A DNA stretch of 64,000 nucleotides, from the NCBI GenBank assembly GCA_964493485.1, contig CAZBMQ010000002.1, positions 45,335-109,334 of the forward strand, read 5' to 3'. Made by a program: the position numbers and the translations under genes. Of this stretch, positions 9,291 to 18,934 are shown in pieces. Numbering within the stretch: position 1 is the stretch's first letter; each line of letters begins with the position of its first letter. The notes beneath the pieces were generated by a model. The model had not been told where the DNA came from. It did no database searches and saw nothing but the letters and a program-made list of their open reading frames with translations. The DNA is from an uncultured Candidatus Saccharibacteria bacterium. GTDB lineage: Bacteria; Patescibacteriota; Minisyncoccia; Minisyncoccales; JANBVM01.

Positions 9291-9839
9291 TTAATAAGAA
9301 GGAGGTTCTAATTTAGCCAACGCAACAAACGGCCATGCCCTAATATATACTCTTCCAATAATATATTTTTCAGGAAGAGGTCCCCAGCGCCTAGAATCAG
9401 AAGAAAAATTCCTATTGTCACCTAAAACAAAATATTCATTATCTGAAAGAGTAATCCTTATGTTCCCTGAGGTTTTAATATCAGCCGGAAGATATGCTGA
9501 CTCATTCAGCTCTATCCGTTCCCCATCTTTTTTAAAGATTGTTATCTTTCCATCTTTTATCTCTACAGTTTCCCCCGGCAAACCTATAATTCTCTTAATA
9601 TAACGCTGGGACGGATTTCTTGGATATTTAAACACAATAACCTCTCCTCTTTCAGGTTTTCTAAATCTATAAGTAATCTCGTCCACAATCAAATAATCCC
9701 CATTTTCAAAATTGGGCTGCATAGAAATTCCTTGAACAAAAAAAGGTTGAAAAATAAAATAGCGGATAGGAATAACAATAACAGCCGCCAAGATTACTAT
9801 TCTTATAATCTCAGATATGAGAGAGAAAAACTTTTTCAT
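9291..9839 (-). CDS. lepB: Signal peptidase I
   Basis: N-terminal TM segment and S26 blocks GISMQPNF, YIKRIIGLPGE, GDNRNFSSDSR. Confidence 0.9.
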   Translation of the reverse strand: MKKFFSLISEIIRIVILAAVIVIPIRYFIFQPFFVQGISMQPNFENGDYLIVDEITYRFRKPERGEVIVFKYPRNPSQRYIKRIIGLPGETVEIKDGKITIFKKDGERIELNESAYLPADIKTSGNIRITLSDNEYFVLGDNRNFSSDSRRWGPLPEKYIIGRVYIRAWPFVALAKLEPPSY

Positions 9840-9847
9840 ATCTTCCT

Positions 9848-9856
9848 ATTATATCA
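9848..9856 (-). promoter_or_regulatory. Extended -10 promoter for lepB
   Basis: Minus strand reads TGaTATAAT, then 8 nt (aggaagat) to the ATG at 9839. Confidence 0.5.
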
Positions 9857-9924
9857 GTTTTTTCTTTTTTGACAAGGCTCTTTCTAATAAACAATTTCTA
9901 TTTTAGTATTTTAAACATTAAAAG

Positions 9925-9933
9925 TGATATAAT
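9925..9933 (+). promoter_or_regulatory. Extended -10 promoter for pth
   Basis: TGaTATAAT on the plus strand, 15 nt upstream of the ATG at 9949. Divergent from the lepB promoter. Confidence 0.5.
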
Positions 9934-9948
9934 AAAGATATTAAAGAT

Positions 9949-10533
9949 ATGAAATTAATTATAGGCTTAGGTAATCCAGGCAAAGAATATAAAAATACAA
10001 GACACAATCTTGGTTTTATGGTTGTAGATGAATTTAAAGAAAGAAATAACTTTTCTGAATTTAAGTCTTCAAAAAAATTCAAATCTTTAATCTCGAAGGG
10101 TAAATTCAAAGAAAAGAGAATTGTGCTGGCAAAACCTCAAACCTTTATGAATAATTCCGGTATAGCAGTAAAAGAATTAACGAAATCTTTTATAAGAAAG
10201 AATAAAATAAATGATTTTAAACCAGAAAATTTAATTATAATTCATGACGATTTAGACCTTGATTTGGGAAGAATTAAGATTGTTAAAAACAGGGAAGCTG
10301 CAGGACATAAAGGAGTCCAATCAATAATTAATTATCTAAAAACAAAGAACTTTATAAGAATAAGGGTTGGAATTAAGCCTAAAAAAAATATTCTTTGTGC
10401 CCAAGAGTTTGTTCTCCGGGAATTTACAAAAACAGAAAAAAAGATTATAAAAATGACTATTGAAAGAGCTGTAAAGGTTATTGAATTTCTTTTACAGAAT
10501 GGTTTAGAAAGAACAATGAATAAATTTAATTAA
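9949..10533 (+). CDS. pth: Peptidyl-tRNA hydrolase
   Basis: N-terminus LIIGLGNPGKEYKNTRHNLGF and the central IIIHDDLDL block. Confidence 0.9.
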   Translation: MKLIIGLGNPGKEYKNTRHNLGFMVVDEFKERNNFSEFKSSKKFKSLISKGKFKEKRIVLAKPQTFMNNSGIAVKELTKSFIRKNKINDFKPENLIIIHDDLDLDLGRIKIVKNREAAGHKGVQSIINYLKTKNFIRIRVGIKPKKNILCAQEFVLREFTKTEKKIIKMTIERAVKVIEFLLQNGLERTMNKFN

Positions 10534-10553
10534 GCAAAAATATGGCTTAAAAA

Positions 10554-12563
10554 ATGAAAAATAAGGAATTCATAAATAATGTCCTTATTGTAGGGATAAC
10601 CCCCTATTTTCTGAAGAGGGGTAATTTTTGGTTTGAAAAAAACTTAAAAAAAATATTAGAAGCAAGAAAAACGCAATCTTTTTTTGAAAAATACACCATT
10701 TTTATTGAAAAAGATCAAAAATATAACTTCTCTGAATTTCTGAGAAAGTTAGATGAAATGGGCTATGAAAAGGTTTATAAGGTTTCAGAAATTGGAGAAT
10801 TTGCGCAAAGAGGAGGAATTATCGATGTTTTCCCAATAAATACAAACTGGGCTATACGCATTGAATTCTTAGGAAATAAAATTGACACAATTGAAAAGCT
10901 TCCAATAGTAGTAAAAGACGAAGAAAAATCAAAAACTGTTTTAGAGAAAAGATTAAAATCACAAAAACTCTTTTCTGACTTAAAAGGTATCAAACCAGGA
11001 GATTATCTGGTTCATTTAGACCACGGCATAGGCAGGTTTATAGGAAAACAATTAATAGCTGAATATAAATTACCAGCTAATGAGTATTATGTATTAGAAT
11101 ATGCCCAAAAAGACAGGCTTTATGTCCCTGTGGGATTAGAAAGGAAATTATCAAGATATGTGGGATTTGTAGAGCCTAAGATCTCGCGCCTAGGTTCTCC
11201 TTTATGGCAAAAAACAAAAAGAAAAGTAAGAGAAGATGTTAAAAAATTAGCAAGAGAACTTTTAGAGATTTATGCTAAAAGAGAAATAGTAAAAAGAAAA
11301 CCATACCTTCCAGATGATGAGATTGATTCTCAGTTAGCCTCTTCTTTTAAATATGAAGAAACCCCGGATCAATTAAAAGCAATTGAAGATATTAAAAAAG
11401 ATTTAGAAAGTCAAAAACCTATGGATAGACTTTTATGTGGAGATGTAGGATTTGGGAAAACAGAGGTAGCTTTGAGAACAATGGTAAAAGCAGTGAAGTC
11501 TGGATATCAAGCGATATTACTTTGTCCAACAACAATATTGGCTAATCAGCATTTTCAAAATTTTAAACAAAGACTCAAGGGTCTGCCTATCACAATTGAG
11601 ATTCTTTCCAGATTTCAGTCAAAAAAAGAACAAAGAGAAATAATTAAAAATTTACAAAAAGGCAAGATTGACATATTAATAGGAACACACAGGGTATTAT
11701 CTAAAGATGTCTCTTTCTATAACTTAGGGCTATTAATAATTGACGATGAACACCTTTTTGGGGTTAAACAAAAAGAAAAATTAAAAAAAATGAGAGCATC
11801 TCTCGATGTATTGTCTCTCTCAGCAACCCCAATACCAAGAACACTTTACCTTTCTCTTTCTTCATTAAGAGATATCAGTCTTATTAAAACCCCACCTCCT
11901 GAAAGACAACCTGTTAAAACCTTTATTCTCCCATTTTCTGAAAAAACAATTAAAAAAGCTATTCAAAATGAAATCTCCCGTAAAGGCCAAGTATATTATC
12001 TACATAATAGAGTAGAAACTATTGAGACAGCCAAGAAATTCTTAGAACATCTCTTGCCAAGACTTAGATTTGATATTGCACATGGAAGATTAAAGAAAGA
12101 AAAAATAGTAAAAGCTATGGAAAGATTTCAAAGAGGAAAAACAGATGTCTTGATAGCTACTACTATTATTGAAAGTGGTCTAGATCTCCCAAATGTAAAC
12201 ACCTTGATAGTGGCTAATGCAACCCGATTAGGGCTGGCTCAAGCTCATCAGATAAGGGGCAGAATTGGCAGGTCGCATATCCAAGCCTTTGCCTATTTTT
12301 TACACCCTAAGAACCTTTCAGAAAAAGCAAAAATAAGGTTAGAGGCATTAAAAGAAGCACAAGAGCTTGGGGCTGGTTATAGAATTGCTCTAAAAGATTT
12401 GGAGATGAGAGGTGCTGGAAATATTTTAGGAAAAGAACAATCAGGGAACATCAACAGGGTGGGATTAAATCTATACTGCCAAATGTTGTCTGAAGCAATT
12501 GAAAAAATAAAAAAAGAAGGTCAAAAGACCTCTTTAATCAAGGAGCACAAGCCACTCCACTGA
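10554..12563 (+). CDS. mfd: Transcription-repair coupling factor, short form (669 aa)
   Basis: CarD/TRCF RNAP-interaction block GDYLVHLDHGIGRFIG; SF2 motifs GDVGFGKTEVA, IIDDEH, QIRGRIGRS. The protein ends shortly after the translocase module. Confidence 0.85.
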   Translation: MKNKEFINNVLIVGITPYFLKRGNFWFEKNLKKILEARKTQSFFEKYTIFIEKDQKYNFSEFLRKLDEMGYEKVYKVSEIGEFAQRGGIIDVFPINTNWAIRIEFLGNKIDTIEKLPIVVKDEEKSKTVLEKRLKSQKLFSDLKGIKPGDYLVHLDHGIGRFIGKQLIAEYKLPANEYYVLEYAQKDRLYVPVGLERKLSRYVGFVEPKISRLGSPLWQKTKRKVREDVKKLARELLEIYAKREIVKRKPYLPDDEIDSQLASSFKYEETPDQLKAIEDIKKDLESQKPMDRLLCGDVGFGKTEVALRTMVKAVKSGYQAILLCPTTILANQHFQNFKQRLKGLPITIEILSRFQSKKEQREIIKNLQKGKIDILIGTHRVLSKDVSFYNLGLLIIDDEHLFGVKQKEKLKKMRASLDVLSLSATPIPRTLYLSLSSLRDISLIKTPPPERQPVKTFILPFSEKTIKKAIQNEISRKGQVYYLHNRVETIETAKKFLEHLLPRLRFDIAHGRLKKEKIVKAMERFQRGKTDVLIATTIIESGLDLPNVNTLIVANATRLGLAQAHQIRGRIGRSHIQAFAYFLHPKNLSEKAKIRLEALKEAQELGAGYRIALKDLEMRGAGNILGKEQSGNINRVGLNLYCQMLSEAIEKIKKEGQKTSLIKEHKPLH

Positions 12564-12794
12564 TTTTGCTATTTCGTTTATTGTTTCTTTCAAGTTTTTA
12601 AAACAAGCAGAGGCACTCTCTGAAACCTCAGAAAGCAAGGTAGTGTTTTTATTTTTCTGTGAAGCTTCAAAAATCTCAGGTGGAAACCCTCCATTTTCAA
12701 CTTTTATTTCTATATTTAAAATAGGAATCTGGAAATGAAAATCAAAAGGCTTTATCTCTTTAGTTGTAAAAAAAACTTCTATTTTCACTCTCAA
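12534..12794 (-). CDS. Hypothetical 86-aa ORF (doubtful)
   Basis: This is the only ORF in the 350-nt gap after mfd. It has a TTG/GTG start, overlaps the mfd 3' end by 30 nt, and has no recognisable motif. Confidence 0.2.
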   Translation of the reverse strand: MRVKIEVFFTTKEIKPFDFHFQIPILNIEIKVENGGFPPEIFEASQKNKNTTLLSEVSESASACFKNLKETINEIAKSVEWLVLLD

Positions 12795-12896
12795 TCCCTT
12801 TATTAAGTTTTTAAAATCTATATTCAGATAATGAAATATTTAAGAAAAAAAATCAAGTGCTTTCGGTCCTTGTAGGTTTTAAAAATTTCATATTAC

Positions 12897-12905
12897 TGGT
12901 ATAGT
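12897..12905 (+). promoter_or_regulatory. Extended -10 promoter for dprA-topA
   Basis: TGgTATAGT, then 10 nt to the ATG at 12916. Confidence 0.45.
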
Positions 12906-12915
12906 TTAATAATTT

Positions 12916-13782
12916 ATGCATAAAATCGAAATTGTCAGGAAAGAAGACAAAAGCTATCCAGAGAGTCTAAAAAAAATAAAAAATCCTCCCTCAGTTCTTT
13001 ATTTTAAAGGTAAAATTTTGCCAAAAGAAAATTGTTTTGCTATTGTTGGAACAAGACGCTGTTCAAGCTATGGAAAACAAATAGTCCTAGAAATTGCAGG
13101 AGATTTAGCAGAAGCTGGTTTAACAATTGTTTCTGGATTAGCTGAAGGCATAGATACTTTTTCGCATTTAGCAGCAGTAGAAAGACAAAAAAGAACAATT
13201 GCGGTTTTGGGAACAGGGCTTGATGAAAAGTCGATTTATCCTCAATCAAACCTAAAGCTATCTGAAAAAATTTTAGAAACAGGAGGGTGTCTAATATCTG
13301 AATACCCCAAAGGAACGCATGGCACAAAATTCACTTTTCCTGATAGAAACAGAATTATCTCTGGGTTATCTTTAGGCGTGCTGGTAGTCGAAGCTAAACA
13401 AAAATCTGGAGCATTAATCACGGCAAATTGGGCAAGAAAACAAAATAAAAAAGTGTTTGCAATTCCAGGTTCTATACATTCTTTAAATTCAAAAGGATGT
13501 CATAATTTAATTAGAAAAGGAGCAATATTAGTAGAAAATGCAGATGATATCCTAAAAGAACTGAAACTTTTTAAAAAGTCTAGAAAAACTAACAATCTTA
13601 AAGGGCAAAACAAAAATGAAAACTTAGTCTTGGAAGCCTTGAAAGAAGGACCTTTATATATAGATAAAATTATTGAAAAAACTAAACTGCCAGCCTCCAG
13701 CGTGGCAAGCACTATTGCTGTTTTAGAAATAAAAAACAAAATAAGAAATTTAGGGAAAAACATTTTTTCATTATTCCATTAA
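12916..13782 (+). CDS. dprA: DNA processing protein DprA
   Basis: DprA Rossmann blocks IVGTRRCSSYG, SGLAEGIDTFSH, VVEA..KSGALITA, and a C-terminal winged-helix-like tail. Confidence 0.9.
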   Translation: MHKIEIVRKEDKSYPESLKKIKNPPSVLYFKGKILPKENCFAIVGTRRCSSYGKQIVLEIAGDLAEAGLTIVSGLAEGIDTFSHLAAVERQKRTIAVLGTGLDEKSIYPQSNLKLSEKILETGGCLISEYPKGTHGTKFTFPDRNRIISGLSLGVLVVEAKQKSGALITANWARKQNKKVFAIPGSIHSLNSKGCHNLIRKGAILVENADDILKELKLFKKSRKTNNLKGQNKNENLVLEALKEGPLYIDKIIEKTKLPASSVASTIAVLEIKNKIRNLGKNIFSLFH

Positions 13783-13789
13783 CTTATTA

Positions 13790-15871
13790 GTGTATATGAA
13801 ACTAATCCTTGTAGAAAGTCCAACCAAATCCAGAACTCTTAAAAGATTTTTAAGTGAAGATTACGAGGTCTCAGCCACAATGGGACACATCCGTGATTTA
13901 CCAGAAAAAAGCTTTGGAATTGATATAGAAAAGAACTTTACCCCAAAATATATTGTTATTCCAAAGAGAAAAAGAACAATTCTCCAGCTTAAGAAATTAT
14001 CTGCAAAAGCTGAAAAAATTTATCTAGCTATGGATCCTGATAGAGAAGGAGAAGCTATCGCCTGGCATGTTGTTCATGCCCTAAAACTAAAAAATCCAAA
14101 AAGAATTGTTTTTCACGAAATAACAAAACCAGCCATTGAAGAGGCAATAAAAAATCCTAGAGAGATTGACATAAAATTAGTGAATGCCCAACAGGCAAGA
14201 AGAATTTTAGATAGAATTGTAGGATATAAACTTTCACCCTTTTTATGGAAGAAAGTAGTAAGAAAACTATCAGCCGGGAGGGTCCAGTCTGTAGCAGTAA
14301 GACTGGTAGTAGAAAGAGAAAGGGAAATTAAAAAATTCGTACCTCAAGAATATTGGACTATTGAAGCACTTCTTGAAAAACAAAAAATAGAGCAGGAAAA
14401 AAAATACGCATTCAAGGCTCTCTTAGTAAAGAAAAATAATAAAACAATTCCCAAATTAGGAATAAAAACAAAAAAAGAGGCTGAGAAAATAATAAATGAG
14501 CTGAATAGAGCTGTTTATAAAGTTATTGAAATAGAAAAAAAAGAAATCAAAAAAAATCCATTACCTCCATTTACCACATCAACACTTCAACAAGAAGCCT
14601 GGAAAAGATTTCATTTTCCTGCAAAAATCACAATGCAAATAGCACAAAACCTTTATGAAAGAGGTTTTATCACCTATCACAGAACCGATTCTCTGAATCT
14701 TTCTAATCTGGCTTTATTTGGAGCTAAAAAGTTTATTATTGAAAAATATGGAGAAAAATATTGGGCAGGATTTCTAAGAAAATACAAAACTAAAAGTAAA
14801 ACTGCCCAAGAAGCTCATGAGGCAATAAGGCCTACCTATCCCAATAAGACACCTCAAAATATTGAAAAAGATTCAAAACTGACTCCAAGAGCCAAAAAAC
14901 TTTATGATTTAATCTGGAGAAGATTCATTGCGTGCCAAATGGCACCAGCTATCTTTGATTCAATAAAAGTAGATATTTCTGCCACAAAAAGTGAAGAGAA
15001 AATAAATTATATCTTTCAATCAAATGGCCAAACATTAAAATTTGATGGGTTTTTAAAAATATATCCTATAAGGTTTGAGGAGATTGAATTGCCAGCGTTG
15101 GAAAAAAATGAAATTTTAATGTTAGAGAAATTAATTCCTAACCGACATTTTACACAACCTCCTTCAAGATACACAGAAGCTACGCTAATAAAGGCTTTAG
15201 AAGAAAAAGGAATCGGCCGCCCTTCAACCTATGCGCCAATAATATCAACCATTCAGGAAAGAAATTATATAGAAAAAGATGAAAAAAGACGTTTCCGTCC
15301 GACAGAAATAGGAATTGTAGTGAATGATCTTTTGGTCAAACACTTTCCAGATATTGTAGACATCAACTTCACAGCAAGAATGGAAAAGAACCTGGATGAA
15401 ATTGCAAAAGGAAAAAAAGAATGGGTATCTGTAATAAAAGAATTCTATGAACCATTTGAAAAAAATCTTAAGGAAAAAGAAAAAGAAGTACCTGACAAAA
15501 AATTAACATATGAAAAAACTGATAAAAAATGCCCAAAATGCAATAGTCCTCTTGTTATAAAGCTTGGCAAATATGGAAAATTTTATGCCTGTTCTAACTT
15601 CCCAAAATGTAAATATACAGAACCTTTAGAGAAAAAAGCTTTGGGAATCAAGTGTCCTAAATGCCAAAAAGGAAATATTGTTGAAAAAAGAACTAAAAAA
15701 AGAAAACTTTTTTATGGCTGTTCAAACTGGCCAGAATGTGATTTCGCTACCTGGGATGAACCAACAGGAGAATTATGTCCCGAATGTAACTCTCCTTTAA
15801 TAAAAACAAAGAGGGGAAAGATAAAATGTTCAAACAAAAAATGTAGTTTTGGATTGACAAAAAACAAATAG
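13790..15871 (+). CDS. topA: DNA topoisomerase I
   Basis: TOPRIM N-terminus LILVESPTKSRTL, active-site Tyr context ITYHRTDS, and three C-terminal C4 zinc ribbons (CPKC..C..C). The track start is GTG at 13790; ATG at 13796 is the more likely start. Confidence 0.95.
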   Translation: MYMKLILVESPTKSRTLKRFLSEDYEVSATMGHIRDLPEKSFGIDIEKNFTPKYIVIPKRKRTILQLKKLSAKAEKIYLAMDPDREGEAIAWHVVHALKLKNPKRIVFHEITKPAIEEAIKNPREIDIKLVNAQQARRILDRIVGYKLSPFLWKKVVRKLSAGRVQSVAVRLVVEREREIKKFVPQEYWTIEALLEKQKIEQEKKYAFKALLVKKNNKTIPKLGIKTKKEAEKIINELNRAVYKVIEIEKKEIKKNPLPPFTTSTLQQEAWKRFHFPAKITMQIAQNLYERGFITYHRTDSLNLSNLALFGAKKFIIEKYGEKYWAGFLRKYKTKSKTAQEAHEAIRPTYPNKTPQNIEKDSKLTPRAKKLYDLIWRRFIACQMAPAIFDSIKVDISATKSEEKINYIFQSNGQTLKFDGFLKIYPIRFEEIELPALEKNEILMLEKLIPNRHFTQPPSRYTEATLIKALEEKGIGRPSTYAPIISTIQERNYIEKDEKRRFRPTEIGIVVNDLLVKHFPDIVDINFTARMEKNLDEIAKGKKEWVSVIKEFYEPFEKNLKEKEKEVPDKKLTYEKTDKKCPKCNSPLVIKLGKYGKFYACSNFPKCKYTEPLEKKALGIKCPKCQKGNIVEKRTKKRKLFYGCSNWPECDFATWDEPTGELCPECNSPLIKTKRGKIKCSNKKCSFGLTKNK

Positions 15872-15888
15872 TAAGAAAAAATAATATC

Positions 15889-15974
15889 GGGCGAGTGCCG
15901 GAATTTAGCAGACGGTCACGACTCAAAATCGTGTGGAGTTCACCTCCGTGAGGGTGCAAGTCCCTCCTCGCCCA
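15889..15974 (+). tRNA. tRNA-Leu (anticodon CAA), class II with long variable arm, no encoded CCA
   Basis: Hand fold: acceptor GGGCGAG/CTCGCCC plus discriminator A; 3-bp D stem; anticodon stem CACGA/TCGTG with loop CT-CAA-AA; variable arm GGAG..CTCC; T stem GAGGG/CCCTC with loop TGCAAGT. Confidence 0.85.
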
Positions 15975-16016
15975 CAATATTTTTAATGAAAATGAAATCT
16001 CTATCTTTAATAAAAT

Positions 16017-16048
16017 CCAAGTAAATTTTCTTGGCTTTTATTTTTTTT
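16017..16048 (+). terminator. Weak rho-independent terminator after the tRNA
   Basis: CCAAG-8 nt-CTTGG followed by CTTTTATTTTTTTT. Confidence 0.35.
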
Positions 16049-16069
16049 AAATCTTAATACAATAGAAAT

Positions 16070-16663
16070 ATGGAGGAAATTTTTACCAAAGAAGAAATCG
16101 ATGAAGCATTAAATGTTAAAGGAGAAGCAAGGGGTATTGCGATAAAAGAACATTTAGATTTTATCCTTAAAGAAAAGGGAGAAAGTGAACTTAAAAAATT
16201 AGAAGATTTCTTGAAAAAGTTTGGATGCCCTGGATACAAAGAGATAAAACCAATGAGCTTTTATCCATTAAAGTTTTACGCCCTTACGCTTTTAGGAATA
16301 AACAAGATTTTTGGATTCGGTCCAGAAGAATTCGAAAAAATGGGAAGATTCAATGCTAAGTTTTCTATAGTAATAAGATTGTTGATGAAATATTTAATTT
16401 CACTTGATACAGCAGCTCGTCAAGTCCCTAAAATGTGGAGAAGATATTATAGTGTAGGAGAACTGAAAGTTATAGAGTATAGTAAGAATGAAAGATATGT
16501 CACAATAAGATTGGAGAACTTCCGTCCCCATCCAATGTATTGTTATATGGTAAAAGAATATCTCTCTGAACTTTTGGAAATAATAGTTAAAAACCCTGTA
16601 AGGTGTGAAAGGGCCAAATGCGACAAAGGAAATGGTTATCATGAGTTTTTATTAAAATGGTAG
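16070..16663 (+). CDS. Hypothetical protein (197 aa), single-gene unit downstream of tRNA-Leu
   Basis: Clean ORF flanked by terminator-like hairpins. I can name no family with confidence. Confidence 0.6.
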   Translation: MEEIFTKEEIDEALNVKGEARGIAIKEHLDFILKEKGESELKKLEDFLKKFGCPGYKEIKPMSFYPLKFYALTLLGINKIFGFGPEEFEKMGRFNAKFSIVIRLLMKYLISLDTAARQVPKMWRRYYSVGELKVIEYSKNERYVTIRLENFRPHPMYCYMVKEYLSELLEIIVKNPVRCERAKCDKGNGYHEFLLKW

Positions 16664-16676
16664 AAAACTAAAAACT

Positions 16677-16702
16677 AAAAAACTGCCCTTGAAGCAGTTT
16701 TT
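16677..16702. terminator. Bidirectional terminator between convergent genes
   Basis: AAAAAACTGC-7 nt-GCAGTTTTT: an A-tract/T-tract flanked hairpin with a 9-bp stem. It overlaps the stop codon of the minus-strand gene. Confidence 0.5.
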
Positions 16703-17672
16703 AAATTTGTTCAATTGCCAATTTCACTGCACCTATCACAGGCTCTCGGGCTCTGATAAACTTAACTCCTGAAGCTATTTTTTTAATTTCTTTCTTTACT
16801 TTTCTTAACACTATAGAGCATTTAAACATTCCTCCTGCCAACACTAAAGGAAATTCAGTTTGTTCCAATCCAAGCTCCTTAATGGTAGTAATAGCAGTTA
16901 AGGACAATTCTTCTCCTGCATTAATTAATATTTCCTTGGCAATCATATCCCCTTTCTTTGAAGCTTTATCTACTAGTCGAGACAACAAAGAAACATTCTT
17001 TATTATATTATTTTCAAGATAGATTCTTTTTTTCAAAACACCTGGCTTTTTTGTTTTAAACTTCTTAAACAAAAGATTGGTTATCAAGGTTTTCTTTCCT
17101 CTTCCGTCTAACTCTTTAAAAACTGCCTGGTATGCTTTCTGACCCACCCAAAAAGCAGAACCTTCATCAGCTAACCATCCCCAACCACTAACATGAGATT
17201 CTTTTTTCCCCCTCCACCCATGGGCAACCGATCCTGTCCCAGAAATCAAAACAACACCATCTTTTTTGTTGGTGCCGGAGCGAAAGGCAGCAATCTGGTC
17301 GCTCTCAATGGTTACCTTGCCATTAAAAATCTGGGAGATTTTAGTTTCAAAAAAAAGCTCTTTTTTTATAATATTTTTATATTCTTTATTTTCCTCTACA
17401 GCAGCTAAAGCTATAAATGTCGACAATATTTCTTTTTTCTTGGTAATTGGTAATACCTTATGTATTGCATCGCTAATATTTAAAACGCTCTTTTTAAGAC
17501 CTACTTTCACAAAACTAGAAGGACCTGTTTCTGCTGTCTTTAAAATCCTTCCTTTTAAATCAGCTAAAACAGCAATTGTTTTTGTCCCTCCCCCATCAAC
17601 ACCAATTACATATTCTTTGTGACTCTTTTTATAAGTTCTGTTTAAAGGGTTTTTCTTTCTCATCTTTAACAC
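16701..17672 (-). CDS. BadF/BadG/BcrA/BcrD-type ATPase, N-acetylglucosamine kinase-like
   Basis: N-terminal phosphate-1 motif [17 protein letters not shown], and an ASKHA-fold layout. Confidence 0.7.
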   Translation of the reverse strand: MLKMRKKNPLNRTYKKSHKEYVIGVDGGGTKTIAVLADLKGRILKTAETGPSSFVKVGLKKSVLNISDAIHKVLPITKKKEILSTFIALAAVEENKEYKNIIKKELFFETKISQIFNGKVTIESDQIAAFRSGTNKKDGVVLISGTGSVAHGWRGKKESHVSGWGWLADEGSAFWVGQKAYQAVFKELDGRGKKTLITNLLFKKFKTKKPGVLKKRIYLENNIIKNVSLLSRLVDKASKKGDMIAKEILINAGEELSLTAITTIKELGLEQTEFPLVLAGGMFKCSIVLRKVKKEIKKIASGVKFIRAREPVIGAVKLAIEQI

Positions 17673-18934
17673 TTCTTCTTTTGTTTTTTAATCTCTTTAA
17701 ACTCTGTATAAAAAACTGTATCATCTTCAATGTTCCCCATTACCAAAGAACCTGGTCCAATAACACAATTTGAGCCAATTAATACGCCTGGCATAAGTGA
17801 ACAATTAATTCCAGTTTTGGTATCTTCGCCTATGATACATCCTAAACTAGTCAATCCAGTATCTACTCTTTTGTTAGAAACAATAGATTTTATCTCTTTT
17901 CTGTCTATCCTTCTGTTTGCTGTAACCGTTCCAGCTCCAATCTTGCATCCTTTTGCCAATATAGAATCTCCAATAAAGTTTGAGTGTGTATGGACATCTT
18001 CTTGAAAAATAGAACGAGTAATCTCGCTATGAGCTCCGATTAAAACATTATCTTCTAAATTAGTATACTCCCTTATTAAAGAATTATCTCCAATAACACA
18101 GTTTTCTCCAATATAACAAGGTCCTTTTATCGTGGTGTTTTTATAAATTTTGACATTTTTACCAATATATACCTTCCCTTCGATAACTGCTCTTTTCGAA
18201 ATCTTTGCCGATTTTTCTATCTTCTTTTTCAAATATCTGTTGAATAAATATCTTTCTACTCCAAAAAGATGCCAAGGATATTTAAGAGTAGAAGCTTTTT
18301 CTTCTTTTCCTAAAATAACAACATTAACCTCTCTTTCTTTCATATATTTCGATAATGCATCTTCAAAATCATAAGTGTGCTTTTTCACTTTTTTATAATA
18401 ATCAAAGAATTTTGGCTCTAAAATATAAATCCCTACTACTTTTATATCTGAGGGTTCTTTTCCTTTTTTTGGCTTTTCAACAATTTCTAAAACTTTATTT
18501 TTCTTTATTTTCATTATCCCATAGAGTTGCGGGTTTTTTGTCTTTCTGCCAAATAAAATATTTTTATGTCTTTTAATTTTTAATTTTGCATTTTTAAGTA
18601 TCTCATCTACATCGACTCTTTCTGCATTTAAAACTAAAAATCTATCTTTTAACAAATCTCTCGCTTGCCATAAAGCATCACCCATACCCTTTGGTTTTTG
18701 TTGAACAACATATTTAATCTTTAACTTAAAATTGTACTCTTGAAGTTCCTTTTGCACATTTCTTTTTTTCCCTTGTACAATTATCACTTTTGGTATTCCC
18801 AAATTCTCTAATCCTTTTAAAGTATAAAAAAGCAGGGGTTTACCCATAATCTTAATTAAACATTTACGCTTTTTATTCAAAGGCCAAAATCTTTTAGATT
18901 CACCAGCTGCCAATACTATTGCTTGTGTAATCAT
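17666..18934 (-). CDS. Sugar-1-phosphate nucleotidyltransferase fused to left-handed beta-helix (GlmU-like)
   Basis: N-terminus [15 protein letters not shown] (NTP-transferase) and C-terminal hexapeptide repeats ([35 protein letters not shown]). Confidence 0.7.
   Translation of the reverse strand: MITQAIVLAAGESKRFWPLNKKRKCLIKIMGKPLLFYTLKGLENLGIPKVIIVQGKKRNVQKELQEYNFKLKIKYVVQQKPKGMGDALWQARDLLKDRFLVLNAERVDVDEILKNAKLKIKRHKNILFGRKTKNPQLYGIMKIKKNKVLEIVEKPKKGKEPSDIKVVGIYILEPKFFDYYKKVKKHTYDFEDALSKYMKEREVNVVILGKEEKASTLKYPWHLFGVERYLFNRYLKKKIEKSAKISKRAVIEGKVYIGKNVKIYKNTTIKGPCYIGENCVIGDNSLIREYTNLEDNVLIGAHSEITRSIFQEDVHTHSNFIGDSILAKGCKIGAGTVTANRRIDRKEIKSIVSNKRVDTGLTSLGCIIGEDTKTGINCSLMPGVLIGSNCVIGPGSLVMGNIEDDTVFYTEFKEIKKQKKKC

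Noticed and set aside
15747-15977. 76-aa minus-strand ORF.
   Set aside because: It overlaps the topA 3' end and the whole tRNA-Leu gene on the opposite strand, so it is spurious.
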